Below, piece after piece: positions 37,015-46,931 of a stretch of DNA of 64,000 bases. The stretch is taken from assembly GCA_963763885.1 (NCBI GenBank), contig CAVXQD010000007.1, positions 125,677 through 189,676 on the forward strand, in the 5' to 3' direction. The first letter of the stretch is position 1, and each line of letters starts with the position of its first letter. Both the position numbers and the translations under genes were made by a program. A model generated the notes under the pieces. It saw only the letters and a list, made by a program, of their open reading frames with translations. It did no database searches and was not told the DNA's origin. This DNA is from an uncultured Acidimicrobiales bacterium. Lineage in GTDB: Bacteria > Actinomycetota > Acidimicrobiia > Acidimicrobiales > JANYDT01.

Positions 37015-38916
37015 TCAGCGCAACTTGAAGCGGGCGGCTGATGGGGCCGCGTACACAGCGTTGAGCAACCTGATGCTGTTGCGATACGAACCGTCGACCG
37101 CGTAGATCGAGGCGCGTGGGGCACTCAGCCGGATTGGTTGCGAGTAATCAATTGGGGATCCAAGCCCACCCGTGTCGACTGACCCGACAGAACGAGACGC
37201 GCTGAGCAGCCCAGCACGAGACACGTCTCCCGACGCAACGGCACGTTCAAGCACTGTCTCCCACACACGGGCCTGGGTGTATCCGAAGGTGAGGCCGACG
37301 TCAGGGTTCTCGGTCCAGTACCTGTGATCAGCCGCAAGGAGATCAGAGGCGAGCGAAGCGGTTTCCTTCTCACCCCACACTGGACCGTCACCGATGACCC
37401 AACAACTTGCCTCGAATGTCTTGGACGTTTGCGGGGTGATGATGCGATCACTGAACCCGGCACCAAGAATGATCCACCGGAACGTCAGACCTGCTCTGGC
37501 TGCACCCATCACCAGCTGTACTAACTGTTGCGGCGCAAGCGTGGTCACCACTCCCTGACATCCGCCGCGGGCCAATTGCGCCAACACTGGAGCAGCGTTG
37601 GTATCGGTGGATGCCATTTGTAGTGAAGCACCGACGCGGGCGCCCAAGTCTGTGGCTGCGAACGAGAATCCTTCGGCTCCGGAGTCACCGAAACTGGTTG
37701 CGATCGAAACCGAGCACACCGTTGCGCCCGGTGACTGTTCCAAGAAGTACGACACGCCGGAGATGGCCTGCACCTGGTAGGTGTTGAACACCGGCAGCAG
37801 GTTGGGTTCCTTGGCCCACCGACCCTCTTGGGACGCAGGGCTTGCCAGCAGCTGATTGTCTCGCAGGAACGGCGCCGCAGCCTCGGTGGCAGGAGTTCCA
37901 AGGATGGATCCGTAACCGACGACGCTCCCTTGGGTTGCTGTTAGTTCAGCCAGCGTCAGGCCGGCGTCGTAGTTGGCTTCCCTGAACACCAGCTTCACCG
38001 GGTACCGCCCTCCGATGCCGCCACGTCGGTTGATTGCAGCGACCCGGGCCTCGAACCCGGCGGTGATTGCTTTGGAGATGTTTGACCAGGTGGGATTCGT
38101 TGTTGTGCCGATGATCCCGAGCGTGATGTTGCGACCATCGAACCCAGGGACCATCGCTGGGACTGCGCCTGGTGGGTTTTGCGGCACCACCCGTGAGCGT
38201 TGCCAGGTATACAGACCCTTTGGTGTACGTGTACATACGACCGTGATCCGAGTCTTGGTCTTGCGTTGCAAGCCGACCTGAGACTTCACGCAGCGTGCGC
38301 CGATGACGGCCAGTTTGTTATCGGTCCGGACTACTGGCGACGAGCTCGGAGCCGAGGGTGGACTGGACGCCGTAGTCGACGGTGCAGCAGAGGTAGGCGC
38401 CGGCACTAAAACTGATGACGTGGTCACCGGAACGCGTCGACGCGTCGTTGGAGTTGGAGTTCGTGTTGGTTGTTGAGTCCGTGGAGCGGTCGGAGGGAGT
38501 GTTGGCGCCAGCGTGGGAGGCAGGGAGGGCACGATGGTCGGGGCGACTGTTGGCGTCAAGGTTTGTGGCAAGGTGGGCGGCAACGTAGACGCACTGGTCG
38601 GTGCAGGTGTGGAAGCAAGGGTCGACACGACGATGGGGTCCGGTGCCGTCGTCGGGCTCGACAACGCCGAGGTCGGAACCACAAACGTAGAGTCCGCCGC
38701 TTCTTCCGTCTCGGCAGAGCCCTGACCTGCCGGACCGTCAATCGCTTCGAATCCAATGGGCTCGATAGTTGAGCCCGTTGCCGACGTGGTGGCCGACGCC
38801 CGACGTTCCACAGCTGAGGGCTGGCCCTCGGAGCTGCACGAACTCATCAGCACACAGAGGATCACGGGTCCTGCCAAACCTCTTCTCCAACCCAAAGACC
38901 GACCAAAGAAAATCAC
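37015..38916 (-). CDS. ABC substrate-binding lipoprotein (branched-chain amino-acid/type I PBP class) with a long Thr/Pro linker
   Basis: Lipobox LMSSC, T/P-rich tract, then ITLGIIG...INRRGGIGG...N..PVFNTYQVQA, typical of LivK-like domains. Confidence 0.7.
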   Translation of the reverse strand: MIFFGRSLGWRRGLAGPVILCVLMSSCSSEGQPSAVERRASATTSATGSTIEPIGFEAIDGPAGQGSAETEEAADSTFVVPTSALSSPTTAPDPIVVSTLASTPAPTSASTLPPTLPQTLTPTVAPTIVPSLPPTLAPTLPPTAPRTQQPTRTPTPTTRRRVPVTTSSVLVPAPTSAAPSTTASSPPSAPSSSPVVRTDNKLAVIGARCVKSQVGLQRKTKTRITVVCTRTPKGLYTWQRSRVVPQNPPGAVPAMVPGFDGRNITLGIIGTTTNPTWSNISKAITAGFEARVAAINRRGGIGGRYPVKLVFREANYDAGLTLAELTATQGSVVGYGSILGTPATEAAAPFLRDNQLLASPASQEGRWAKEPNLLPVFNTYQVQAISGVSYFLEQSPGATVCSVSIATSFGDSGAEGFSFAATDLGARVGASLQMASTDTNAAPVLAQLARGGCQGVVTTLAPQQLVQLVMGAARAGLTFRWIILGAGFSDRIITPQTSKTFEASCWVIGDGPVWGEKETASLASDLLAADHRYWTENPDVGLTFGYTQARVWETVLERAVASGDVSRAGLLSASRSVGSVDTGGLGSPIDYSQPIRLSAPRASIYAVDGSYRNSIRLLNAVYAAPSAARFKLR

Positions 38917-38922
38917 AAGCGG

Positions 38923-40371
38923 CTAGCCCCGCAACGCTGCATAGGTTGACCGCACGCCGCCAGCATCGGCCCCGGCCGGGCTGGAGGATGTGCCGGGATC
39001 GGTGAGAGGCCCCGCCCCCACCTTCCACGCGGCTGCAACCGCCGCTGGCGTCGACCCGCCGAGCATCGCTGCGGCTTGGACACAGGCACCGGTGGCAACG
39101 TGTTCGTCGGCGTCGGGAACTTCGATGGAGCGACCGATGAGGTCGGCCGTGATGTGACGGTACGCAACAGACCTGGCCCCGCCACCGAGGACAAGCACAC
39201 GACCGCCAGTTGGCACGCCTGCGGCCGTCAGGGAGTCCACCCCGTCGAGCAACCCACACACCACACCCTCCACCGAAGCACGGGCCAGTTGCTCCCGCGA
39301 GACGTCGGATCGGATGCCGGAAAGCACACCCGTGGCGTCTGGGCGGTTGGGGGTGCGCTCACCATCGAGATACGGGAGCAGCACTAAGCCGCCAGAACCG
39401 CTTGGCGCCGCAAGCGCCAACTCGTTGAACTCGTCCAAACCTGCGCCCAATAGCCTGGCCACCGCTGCAGTGACCTTGGTGGCATTAAGTGTGCATACCA
39501 ATGGCAGGTAGTTACCCGATGCGTCGGCAAAACCAGCCACGCAACCGGTGGTGTCTCTGGTCGGCGTTGAGCTGACCGCGTAGACCGTGCCGGATGTGCC
39601 GTAGCTGATGGCAATGTCGCCTGGCCCGAGACCAAGCCCGAGGGCTGCGGCCATGTTGTCGCCCGTGCCTGCAGCTACCGGAGTTCCTTCGCTCAGCCCA
39701 AGGTGGGCAGCTGCATCTGCGGTGACGTAGCCAGCGATGCCGAAAGGGTCAACGACGCGAGGCAAGATCGCGTCCCAGTCAAGTGGTGGGCCTGCCGCCG
39801 CCAAGAGATCAGTTCGCCAGTTGCCGGCGGCCGCGTCGAAGTATCCGGTACCCGATGCGTCGCCTCGGTCCGTGGTGAACTGACCGGTGAGTTTGTAGGT
39901 GACCCAATCGTGCGGGAGCAACACATGCGCTATGCGCGCGTAGTTATCCGGTTCGTTCTCGGCCAGCCACGCAAGCTTGGTAACAGTGAACGCGGCCACC
40001 GGGACGGACCCGCAGGCTTGCGCCCACGTGTCAGCGCCGAGTTGCCGGACAAGTGAATCGGCCTGCGGAGCTGATTCGGTGTCGTTCCACAGTTTGGCTG
40101 GGCGGATGACCTGCCCGACAGCGTCGAGCACCACCATGCCGTGCTGTTGACCTGCCACGGACACCGCAACCACATCGTTGCGGTGCGTTCCCGTGGCCGC
40201 AAACGCTTCCGCCAACGCCGACCACCAGGCCAGCGGATCTTGCTCGCTTCGCGGTGGTGTGGTGGTTGGATGAGCTGCCCGGCCCGTGGCGACAACGCGC
40301 CCGGTTTCCTCGTCTCGCAGCTCAACCTTGACCGACTGTGTCGATGAATCGACTCCGGCAACTAGACCCAT
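38923..40371 (-). CDS. xylB: Xylulokinase (FGGY family)
   Basis: VAGVDSSTQSVK, GQQHGMV, RPAKLWNDT, DRGDASGTG, GTGDNMA, PYLDGERTPN. Confidence 0.93.
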   Translation of the reverse strand: MGLVAGVDSSTQSVKVELRDEETGRVVATGRAAHPTTTPPRSEQDPLAWWSALAEAFAATGTHRNDVVAVSVAGQQHGMVVLDAVGQVIRPAKLWNDTESAPQADSLVRQLGADTWAQACGSVPVAAFTVTKLAWLAENEPDNYARIAHVLLPHDWVTYKLTGQFTTDRGDASGTGYFDAAAGNWRTDLLAAAGPPLDWDAILPRVVDPFGIAGYVTADAAAHLGLSEGTPVAAGTGDNMAAALGLGLGPGDIAISYGTSGTVYAVSSTPTRDTTGCVAGFADASGNYLPLVCTLNATKVTAAVARLLGAGLDEFNELALAAPSGSGGLVLLPYLDGERTPNRPDATGVLSGIRSDVSREQLARASVEGVVCGLLDGVDSLTAAGVPTGGRVLVLGGGARSVAYRHITADLIGRSIEVPDADEHVATGACVQAAAMLGGSTPAAVAAAWKVGAGPLTDPGTSSSPAGADAGGVRSTYAALRG

Positions 40372-40456
40372 CGCACGAACCTACCGGGGCGCAGCCCGGC
40401 TGGCATGGCAAGAATTGCTGAGCCTGATGACTCGCTCCTCTCAGGTCAACAACTGC

Positions 40457-41488
40457 TCAGCCCGCGGCAGCCCCTGCATGCACAGCAGCGTTGACCGCCA
40501 GCGGGAAGTGACATGCCACGAAATGGCCTGTACCGACCTCGGTGAGTTGCGGCTCTTCTGCTGCACAACGCTCCGATGCCGCTGGACAGCGGGTACGGAA
40601 ACGGCAGCCTGACGGCGGCATCACTGGCGATGGGAGATCGCCTTCCAGCGCGGATGTCTCGTCTGGGCGATGCGAAGGGTCAGCCTCTGGGATGGAGTCG
40701 ATGAGGGCCCGCGTGTAGTGATGACGGGGCTCGGCGTAGAGCACGTCGGGCGGCCCGACCTCACAGATCTTGCCGAGGTACATGACCACAACACGGTCGC
40801 TGACGTTCTTCACCACAGCAAGGTCGTGGGCGATGAACACCAGCGTGAGACCGTAACGCTGCTTCATCTCTTCCAGCAGGTTGAGGATCTGCGCCTGCAC
40901 AGATACGTCCAGGGCGGACACTGGCTCGTCGCAGATGATCACCTTTGGCTCCATCACCAACGCGCGGGCGATGCAAATGCGCTGGCATTGACCACCCGAA
41001 AATTCGTGCGGCTTACGAGTGCCGGCTTGGTCAACGTCGATGCCGACGGTGTCGAGGGTGGCGCGCACTTTTGCTTCGCGCTCTTCCTCGGTGCCGACCT
41101 TCCAGATGTTGAGCGGCTCGGAGACAATGTCGATGATCTTGCGCCGCGGGTTGAGCGAGGAGATTGGATCTTGGAAGATCATCTGCATCCGCGGGCGCAT
41201 CTTCCGCAGGTCTTCGCTGTCGAGGCCCGTGAGCTCTTGACCCTCAAGGATGATGGACCCAGAGGTTGGCTTGGGCAGCTGCATGATGGCCTTACCGGTT
41301 GTGGACTTGCCACAGCCGGACTCGCCGACAAGACCGAGGGTCTCACCCTCCATCACATCGAGGCTGATGCCGGAGACCGCATTGACCTTGAGACCCGAGC
41401 GCCCAACGGGGAACTCAACCACCAAATCGTTGACGGACAAGAGGGCTGTTCCCGCTGGCCGCAGATGGGCTTTTCCTGAACCTGCCAT
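40457..41488 (-). CDS. oppF: Oligo/dipeptide ABC ATP-binding protein (OppF/DppF-like)
   Basis: GESGCGKS, FSGGQCQR, ICDEPVSALD, HHYTRAL, PSGCRFRTRC. Confidence 0.9.
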   Translation of the reverse strand: MAGSGKAHLRPAGTALLSVNDLVVEFPVGRSGLKVNAVSGISLDVMEGETLGLVGESGCGKSTTGKAIMQLPKPTSGSIILEGQELTGLDSEDLRKMRPRMQMIFQDPISSLNPRRKIIDIVSEPLNIWKVGTEEEREAKVRATLDTVGIDVDQAGTRKPHEFSGGQCQRICIARALVMEPKVIICDEPVSALDVSVQAQILNLLEEMKQRYGLTLVFIAHDLAVVKNVSDRVVVMYLGKICEVGPPDVLYAEPRHHYTRALIDSIPEADPSHRPDETSALEGDLPSPVMPPSGCRFRTRCPAASERCAAEEPQLTEVGTGHFVACHFPLAVNAAVHAGAAAG

Positions 41489-41489
41489 G

Positions 41490-42533
41490 TCAGTTGGCTC
41501 CTGCAGTGGCGGTAACAGCCGCGTCGCCAGCCGCTGGCTTGGTGGAAATCTTGACCGGCGTCTGCGACACCGGGTTCCAGCACCGGAAAAAGTGCCCTGG
41601 CACTTCCGGGTCCTCCGTCAACGGCGGAAGCTCCTTATGACACCAATCGTCTGCGTACGTACAACGTGGCGCGAACCGGCAACCCGTCGGCGGGGTGATG
41701 AGGTTTGGTGGTCGACCCGGGATTGACTCGAGACGAGTATGCGATGGGTCGGACAGTTTGGGGATGGACTTGAGCAGCGCCTCGGTGTATGGGTGGCGCA
41801 TGTTTGCAAAGAGGTCCACGGTGGTTGCCTTTTCAACAACCATGCCCGCATACATCACCATGATCTCGTCGGTGCGGCCGGCAACGACGCCAAGGTCGTG
41901 GGTGACCAGGATCATGGCCATGTCACGTTCGCGTTGTTGGCGGGCCAGCAGGTTGAGAATGGTCTTCTGCACGGTCACGTCGAGAGCCGTGGTTGGTTCG
42001 TCGGCAAACAGCAGCTGAGGACCGCACGCAAGCGCCGAGGCGATAACCACACGCTGACGCATGCCGCCTGACAGCTGGAACGGATACTCAGATAGACGGC
42101 GCTTTGGCTCTGGGATACCAACCGAGCGGAGCAGCTGTTCAGCTGTTTCCAATGCGTCGGCCTTCTTGACATCGAAGTGCTGCGTGAGGCCTTCGGTGAG
42201 CTGTCGGCCAATCTTCACAACAGGGTTGAGCGACGTCATGGGATCTTGGAAGATCATCGCCATGCCGGGGCCGTAGAGCTTGCGACTCTCCTTGGAGGAC
42301 ATCTTGGTGGTGACCTTGCCGTCGAACACCACCTCGCCACCGCGGATCACCCCACGGCGCGGCAGCAAGTTCATGATCGAACGCGAAAGCACCGACTTGC
42401 CAGAGCCGGACTCGCCGACGATGCCAAGGGTTTGCCCACGGTCGAGCGAGAACGACACACCGTTCACGGCCTGCACGATGCCGCGGTCGGTCTTGAAATG
42501 GGTGACCAGATCGGTCACCTCGAGAAGTGCCAT
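41490..42533 (-). CDS. oppD: Oligo/dipeptide ABC ATP-binding protein (OppD/DppD-like)
   Basis: GESGSGKS, LSGGMRQR, ADEPTTALD, HPYTEAL. Confidence 0.9.
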   Translation of the reverse strand: MALLEVTDLVTHFKTDRGIVQAVNGVSFSLDRGQTLGIVGESGSGKSVLSRSIMNLLPRRGVIRGGEVVFDGKVTTKMSSKESRKLYGPGMAMIFQDPMTSLNPVVKIGRQLTEGLTQHFDVKKADALETAEQLLRSVGIPEPKRRLSEYPFQLSGGMRQRVVIASALACGPQLLFADEPTTALDVTVQKTILNLLARQQRERDMAMILVTHDLGVVAGRTDEIMVMYAGMVVEKATTVDLFANMRHPYTEALLKSIPKLSDPSHTRLESIPGRPPNLITPPTGCRFAPRCTYADDWCHKELPPLTEDPEVPGHFFRCWNPVSQTPVKISTKPAAGDAAVTATAGAN

Positions 42534-42597
42534 ATCAAACAGCCTTTAGACGAGACGAACTAGGAATACAACCAACGACAAGTGATGCATCTTCATA

Positions 42598-42777
42598 CTC
42601 GCCCATCACAGTGCTCCGCGACACTGATCGCACCCGTGAGGACTCGCTTCGCTCGCCATCACAAAGCTCCCTACCCGACTCATCGCTTTCGTGAGCCTCG
42701 CTTCGCTCGCCATCACAAAGCTCCCTACACTGATCGCACTTGCGAGGACTCGCTTCGCTCGCCCATCACAGTGCTCC
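42598..42777. repeat. Tandem array of four related REP-like units inside the opp operon
   Basis: Core CTCGC(C)CATCACA(GT/AA)GCTCC x4, three preceded by CTCGCTTCG; the 20-bp terminal copies (42598-42617 and 42758-42777) are identical. Confidence 0.85.
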
Positions 42778-43752
42778 CTGCTTATTCTCTAGACGCTCCC
42801 GCGCCTTATCCCCGATGTAGTTGAACGACAACACGGTGAGGAAGAGCGCAAGACCGGGAATGAAGGCAACCATTGGGGCTTTTTCGAGATCGGCTCGTTG
42901 GGAGGCTGCGGCAATCTGTTTACCCCATGCGGTGGTGTCCGTGCCGGAACCCACGCCAACACCCAAGAAGCTGAGGCCGCCTTCGATGACCATCACGGCG
43001 CCAGCGGAGACCAGACCATACGCAAGCATTGGCTTTGCCACGTTGGGCAAGATGTCACCCCACAGAATGCGCGGAACCTTGGCGCCCATGGCACGTGCTG
43101 CCATCACAAACTCTCGTTGAGAGAATTGGATGGTGCTCGCGCGGACCACTCTAAATATCTGCGGGATGGACAACACGCCCAGCGCAAGCGACACCTTGCT
43201 GACACTCGAGCTAAGGCCTTGCGCCGTGCCACCTTCGCCGACGCGGGCACTGAGTACAGCGATCATCAGCAAAATGAACAACAGAGGCGGAACGCTCAGT
43301 AACACGTTGGTGAGGAACGACAACACCGTGTCGACCCGTCCGCGGAAGTATCCAGCGACCATGCCCAGCGTGCCGCCGACGAGGAAGCCCAACACCACTG
43401 TGGCCGCCGCAATCACCAGGCTGTTCTTTGCACCGCGCACTAGGTCAACGAGGATGTCGTTGCCGCTGAGGTTCAACCCAAGCGGGTGCAGCTTAGAGAT
43501 GGTTGAACTCCAGCGACCCTCTGTCACCTCAATGGTGCCGATGAAGTCGACCTCCTTTTTCCAGTCGACGAGGTTCGCGACGGTCGTGCTGACGACCACG
43601 AAACACAACCAGAAAACTGCCAGCCAGAACGCTGGGCCCCAGGGCTTCTTCACCTTGAGCGGGGCAATGACGCCCGACGCCGGAGCGCCCGCTGTGGGGA
43701 CCGGGGAGGACGGAAGGTTGTTCTGGGTTTGAGTAGAGGTAACTGTTGTCAT
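42766..43752 (-). CDS. oppC: Oligo/dipeptide ABC permease (OppC/DppC-like)
   Basis: HPLG...G.DIL, EFVMAARAMGA, ILPN, LSFLGVG. Confidence 0.9.
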   Translation of the reverse strand: MTTVTSTQTQNNLPSSPVPTAGAPASGVIAPLKVKKPWGPAFWLAVFWLCFVVVSTTVANLVDWKKEVDFIGTIEVTEGRWSSTISKLHPLGLNLSGNDILVDLVRGAKNSLVIAAATVVLGFLVGGTLGMVAGYFRGRVDTVLSFLTNVLLSVPPLLFILLMIAVLSARVGEGGTAQGLSSSVSKVSLALGVLSIPQIFRVVRASTIQFSQREFVMAARAMGAKVPRILWGDILPNVAKPMLAYGLVSAGAVMVIEGGLSFLGVGVGSGTDTTAWGKQIAAASQRADLEKAPMVAFIPGLALFLTVLSFNYIGDKARERLENKQGAL

Positions 43753-44735
43753 GCGAGCTTCCGAGCAAACCGGACCCGAGGGTCGACCACGCCGTATAAG
43801 ACATCGATAATCGTCGTGAGGATGACGAACACAACCGTGACGATGGAAACCACTCCAAGAGTCACGGGATAGTCACGGTCGTTGATGGCCTGGAAGACCT
43901 TTCCACCAAGACCGTTGAGCGTGAAGATGCCTTCGATGATGAGCAAGTTTCCTAGCAGCTGCCCAACGGCGACGCCGACAACGGTCATCAGCGTGAAGCT
44001 GGAAGGCCGGAACGCGTGCCTTGCAAGGATGTAGCGGTCGCTCATGCCCTTGGACTTGGCCATCAGCACGTAGTCGTCTTGCAGCGTGGTGGCCATGTCG
44101 GTGCGGATGATGCGTAAGAAGCCTGCGGACTGGCTGACGGATACTGCCAAGGCCGGGGCAAACAGCGACTGGAGGCACCGAAGTGGGTTCGTCAAGAACG
44201 GCACATAGTCGCGGAGAAACAGGTTGGAGTTGGTGCCGTCGCCGCCCACTTGTTTGAACACTGCGCTGAAGAGCAGCAACACCGCTAGGCCGGACACAAA
44301 TCCCGGCACAGATAACGTTCCAAACGCGAACATATTGATTATTCGGTCGACTCGGCCGCCGACACGGTACGCCGAGTACACGCCGAGCGGGATGGCGATG
44401 GTCAGAGATAACAGCACGGAAAAGATGGCAAGGGTGACCGAGACGGGGAAGCTTTGCTTCACCAGGTCGACAACTTTTACGCCTTCGTACTTCCAGCTGG
44501 TGCCGAAGTCACCTTGCAGCGCGTTGCCGGCCCAATTGACGTAGCGGATGGGAAACGGTCGGTCCAGGCCGAACTCGTGTTGCTTCTCAGCGAGAGCCTC
44601 TGGCGTGGCGTTCACGCCAAGCGCAATCTCTGCCGCGTCGCCTGGAAGGAAAGACAGCATGGCGGTGCACAGCACGGTCACGGCAAACAGCACCGGGATC
44701 ACCATTGCAAACCTGCGGAGGATGTATTTCAGCAA
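43749..44735 (-). CDS. oppB: Oligo/dipeptide ABC permease (OppB/DppB-like)
   Basis: GLDRP...Y, GDFGTS, DDYVLMAKSKG, IEGIFTLNGLG, RDYP, DPRVR. Confidence 0.9.
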   Translation of the reverse strand: MLKYILRRFAMVIPVLFAVTVLCTAMLSFLPGDAAEIALGVNATPEALAEKQHEFGLDRPFPIRYVNWAGNALQGDFGTSWKYEGVKVVDLVKQSFPVSVTLAIFSVLLSLTIAIPLGVYSAYRVGGRVDRIINMFAFGTLSVPGFVSGLAVLLLFSAVFKQVGGDGTNSNLFLRDYVPFLTNPLRCLQSLFAPALAVSVSQSAGFLRIIRTDMATTLQDDYVLMAKSKGMSDRYILARHAFRPSSFTLMTVVGVAVGQLLGNLLIIEGIFTLNGLGGKVFQAINDRDYPVTLGVVSIVTVVFVILTTIIDVLYGVVDPRVRFARKLA

Positions 44736-44882
44736 CTCGATCGACCTTCGTCAGCGCGCAGCTGATTGAAAAACGGATAACGGGAATTGGAAGGCGGGAA
44801 AGTGAAAGACGGGAACAGATGAACATCCTGCATGACTGGGGCCCAACAAAACTAAGTGGACTGACCATCACGCTTGAAACAG

Positions 44883-44912
44883 GTGCTCCGAAGCGGGTTC
44901 GCTTCGGAGCAC
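44883..44912 (-). terminator. Hairpin downstream of oppA (terminator/mRNA stabiliser)
   Basis: Perfect 13-bp stem GTGCTCCGAAGCG/CGCTTCGGAGCAC. Confidence 0.7.
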
Positions 44913-45002
44913 ACATGCATTCGTACATCACCAGGTGTCATCAGGGCAAAGCCGAGACAACACCCGGTTTACAACTGGGCGTCTGTGTGGACGGAGATGG
45001 AA

Positions 45003-46664
45003 TCAGCCGCAGGAGAGCGAGCCGACGCCAGGAGTGGCGCCGCCGTAGACAGCCCAAGGCGTGTCGCCGTTTGGCAACTTGAACGCCTCTGTGCCCTTGC
45101 AGCCCTTGGCCTGACCGAGCACCCACTTGGAGTACCAGTTGGGGATGTAGTACATCTCTTCGCCGAACGCCTGGTTGATGGCTTCAGCGGCCTTCTTGCG
45201 CACTGCAACGTCGGAGTTGCCACGGATCTGGTTGAACGACTCGTCGATGGTGCCGTCCTTGAAGCGTGCGAAGTTCAGCGCCTGCGAACCAATTGGTGCA
45301 GCTGTCTCGGAGTGCCACCAGAGACGTTCACCGTCTGGGTCGTAGCCGCCGTGGTTGCGCCACGTGAGCCACTGGTAGGTGCCGAGGAGACCGGCAGGGA
45401 TGTAGCTGGCCTGTGGCAGCTCGGAGGTCTTGATGATGAAACCAGCACGCTCGACCATCTGTTTCTTGATGTTGCGGGTTTCAATCGCTTCAGGAGCGGT
45501 TGTGGTTGCCATGTTGAACTCGACGTCTTTGCCGCCGTTGGCTGCCTTGCACTTGGCGTACTCTTCCTTCGCCTTGTCCAAGTTGTAGCCAGGGTTGCCG
45601 TTGTTCTCCAAGTAACCAATGGCTGCAGGCGAGAACACGCCGTTTGCCTTGGTGAAGCCCTGAGCACGGATCTTGATGAGCGTGTCGAGGTCCAGCGCCA
45701 GGGTGGCCGCAAGACGGCAGCTCTTCACGTTGAACGGCGCCGTTGCATTGTTCAGCATGTCGTAGTTGACCTGGGCTGGGCCCTGCGCATCGACGACGGC
45801 GATCTTGCCGGCCTTCTCAGCAGCCTGGTACTCGTTCACAGCAACGGCAGCCGAGGTGTGCGCGAACTGGATCTGGCCGTTCTGCAATGCGGCCAGGCGC
45901 GCATCGTCGGAGATCATCACGCGGAACTCAACTTCGTCAGCGGCAGGAGTTCCACGCCACCACGAGGTGTTCTTGGTTGCGACAAACTTCTGGTTTGGTA
46001 CCCATTCCTTGAAAATGAAGGGGCCAGTGCCGATTGGGGCGGTGCTATTCCGTGCCTTGATCTGAGCCGGTGCGACCATGGCGCCGAGTGAGCCGGTGAG
46101 GAACACGGGGAACGAAACCCAAGGGGTACGCATCGCACAGGTGACAACAAGTTCGCCGGTGGCCTGGCAGCCTGCCAAGTTGAGCAACGAAGCACCGGTG
46201 AGTGGGCTTGTCTGGACCGAGGTGATGTTCTGCACGGCTGCGTCTGCGTTGAACGCTTCGCCGTTATGGAACTTGATACCGGAACGCAGTTTGAGCGTCC
46301 AGGTTTTCGAATCCGAAGATGCACTTGCAGACTCGGCGAGGTAGCCGACTGTCTCCGCCTTGTTGTTCACATAGAACAGGTTCTCGATGACGGAGTAGCG
46401 GACCTGGGCACCGGCGACGGACCAGTTCTGGGTGGCAGGAAGCCAGCCATTGGATTCGGCGTCGATGCCGTACACAATCCTGCCGCCGGTCTTTGCCGGA
46501 GTGGCTGCTGCGGCCGTTGTGGGCGCAGCCGTTGTGACGGCCTTTTTCTTGGTTGTGGTCTTCTTAACCGTCTTTTTGGTGGCGGCGTCGGCGCCAGTCG
46601 GCATCAGAAGAGATGCGGCCAGCGCCAGCGCCGCAGCGCCGGTGAGCTTTGCTCGGTACGTCAT
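45003..46664 (-). CDS. oppA: Oligo/dipeptide ABC substrate-binding protein (family 5)
   Basis: WTLKLRSGIKFHNGE, PIGTGPF, NNATAPFN...RLA; signal peptide without a lipobox. Confidence 0.88.
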   Translation of the reverse strand: MTYRAKLTGAAALALAASLLMPTGADAATKKTVKKTTTKKKAVTTAAPTTAAAATPAKTGGRIVYGIDAESNGWLPATQNWSVAGAQVRYSVIENLFYVNNKAETVGYLAESASASSDSKTWTLKLRSGIKFHNGEAFNADAAVQNITSVQTSPLTGASLLNLAGCQATGELVVTCAMRTPWVSFPVFLTGSLGAMVAPAQIKARNSTAPIGTGPFIFKEWVPNQKFVATKNTSWWRGTPAADEVEFRVMISDDARLAALQNGQIQFAHTSAAVAVNEYQAAEKAGKIAVVDAQGPAQVNYDMLNNATAPFNVKSCRLAATLALDLDTLIKIRAQGFTKANGVFSPAAIGYLENNGNPGYNLDKAKEEYAKCKAANGGKDVEFNMATTTAPEAIETRNIKKQMVERAGFIIKTSELPQASYIPAGLLGTYQWLTWRNHGGYDPDGERLWWHSETAAPIGSQALNFARFKDGTIDESFNQIRGNSDVAVRKKAAEAINQAFGEEMYYIPNWYSKWVLGQAKGCKGTEAFKLPNGDTPWAVYGGATPGVGSLSCG

Positions 46665-46756
46665 TAGTCCTCACAGGTGGTATGGGGGTTCACTGCCACC
46701 GGGAGGCAGCAGGTTGCGGGTTGACCGGATATCAGCGAGTGCCGTCGTGCAATCGT

Positions 46757-46805
46757 TGTGACCCTGGTCACCCAACGGCTTCACCATAGTGTTGCCTTGG
46801 TCACA
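46757..46805. promoter_or_regulatory. Two putative CRP/GlxR sites upstream of oppA
   Basis: TGTGA-CCCTGG-TCACC (46757-46772, 9/10) and TGTTG-CCTTGG-TCACA (46790-46805, 8/10) against TGTGA-N6-TCACA. Confidence 0.45.
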
Positions 46806-46931
46806 GGAACCACTCATCGCTGTTCACTCAGCCCGTTTTCGTGTGTTGGCCTTGTTCACTCTGGAGTCTCTGCCTCAAATCCGCCCGAATTCACGCCTTT
46901 TTCGCACCTCCCGCCTACGATCGTGCTCACC

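Noticed and set aside
42598-42777. CRISPR array
   Set aside because: Linkers are short (16-20 nt) and partly repeated, units are irregular and there are no cas genes.
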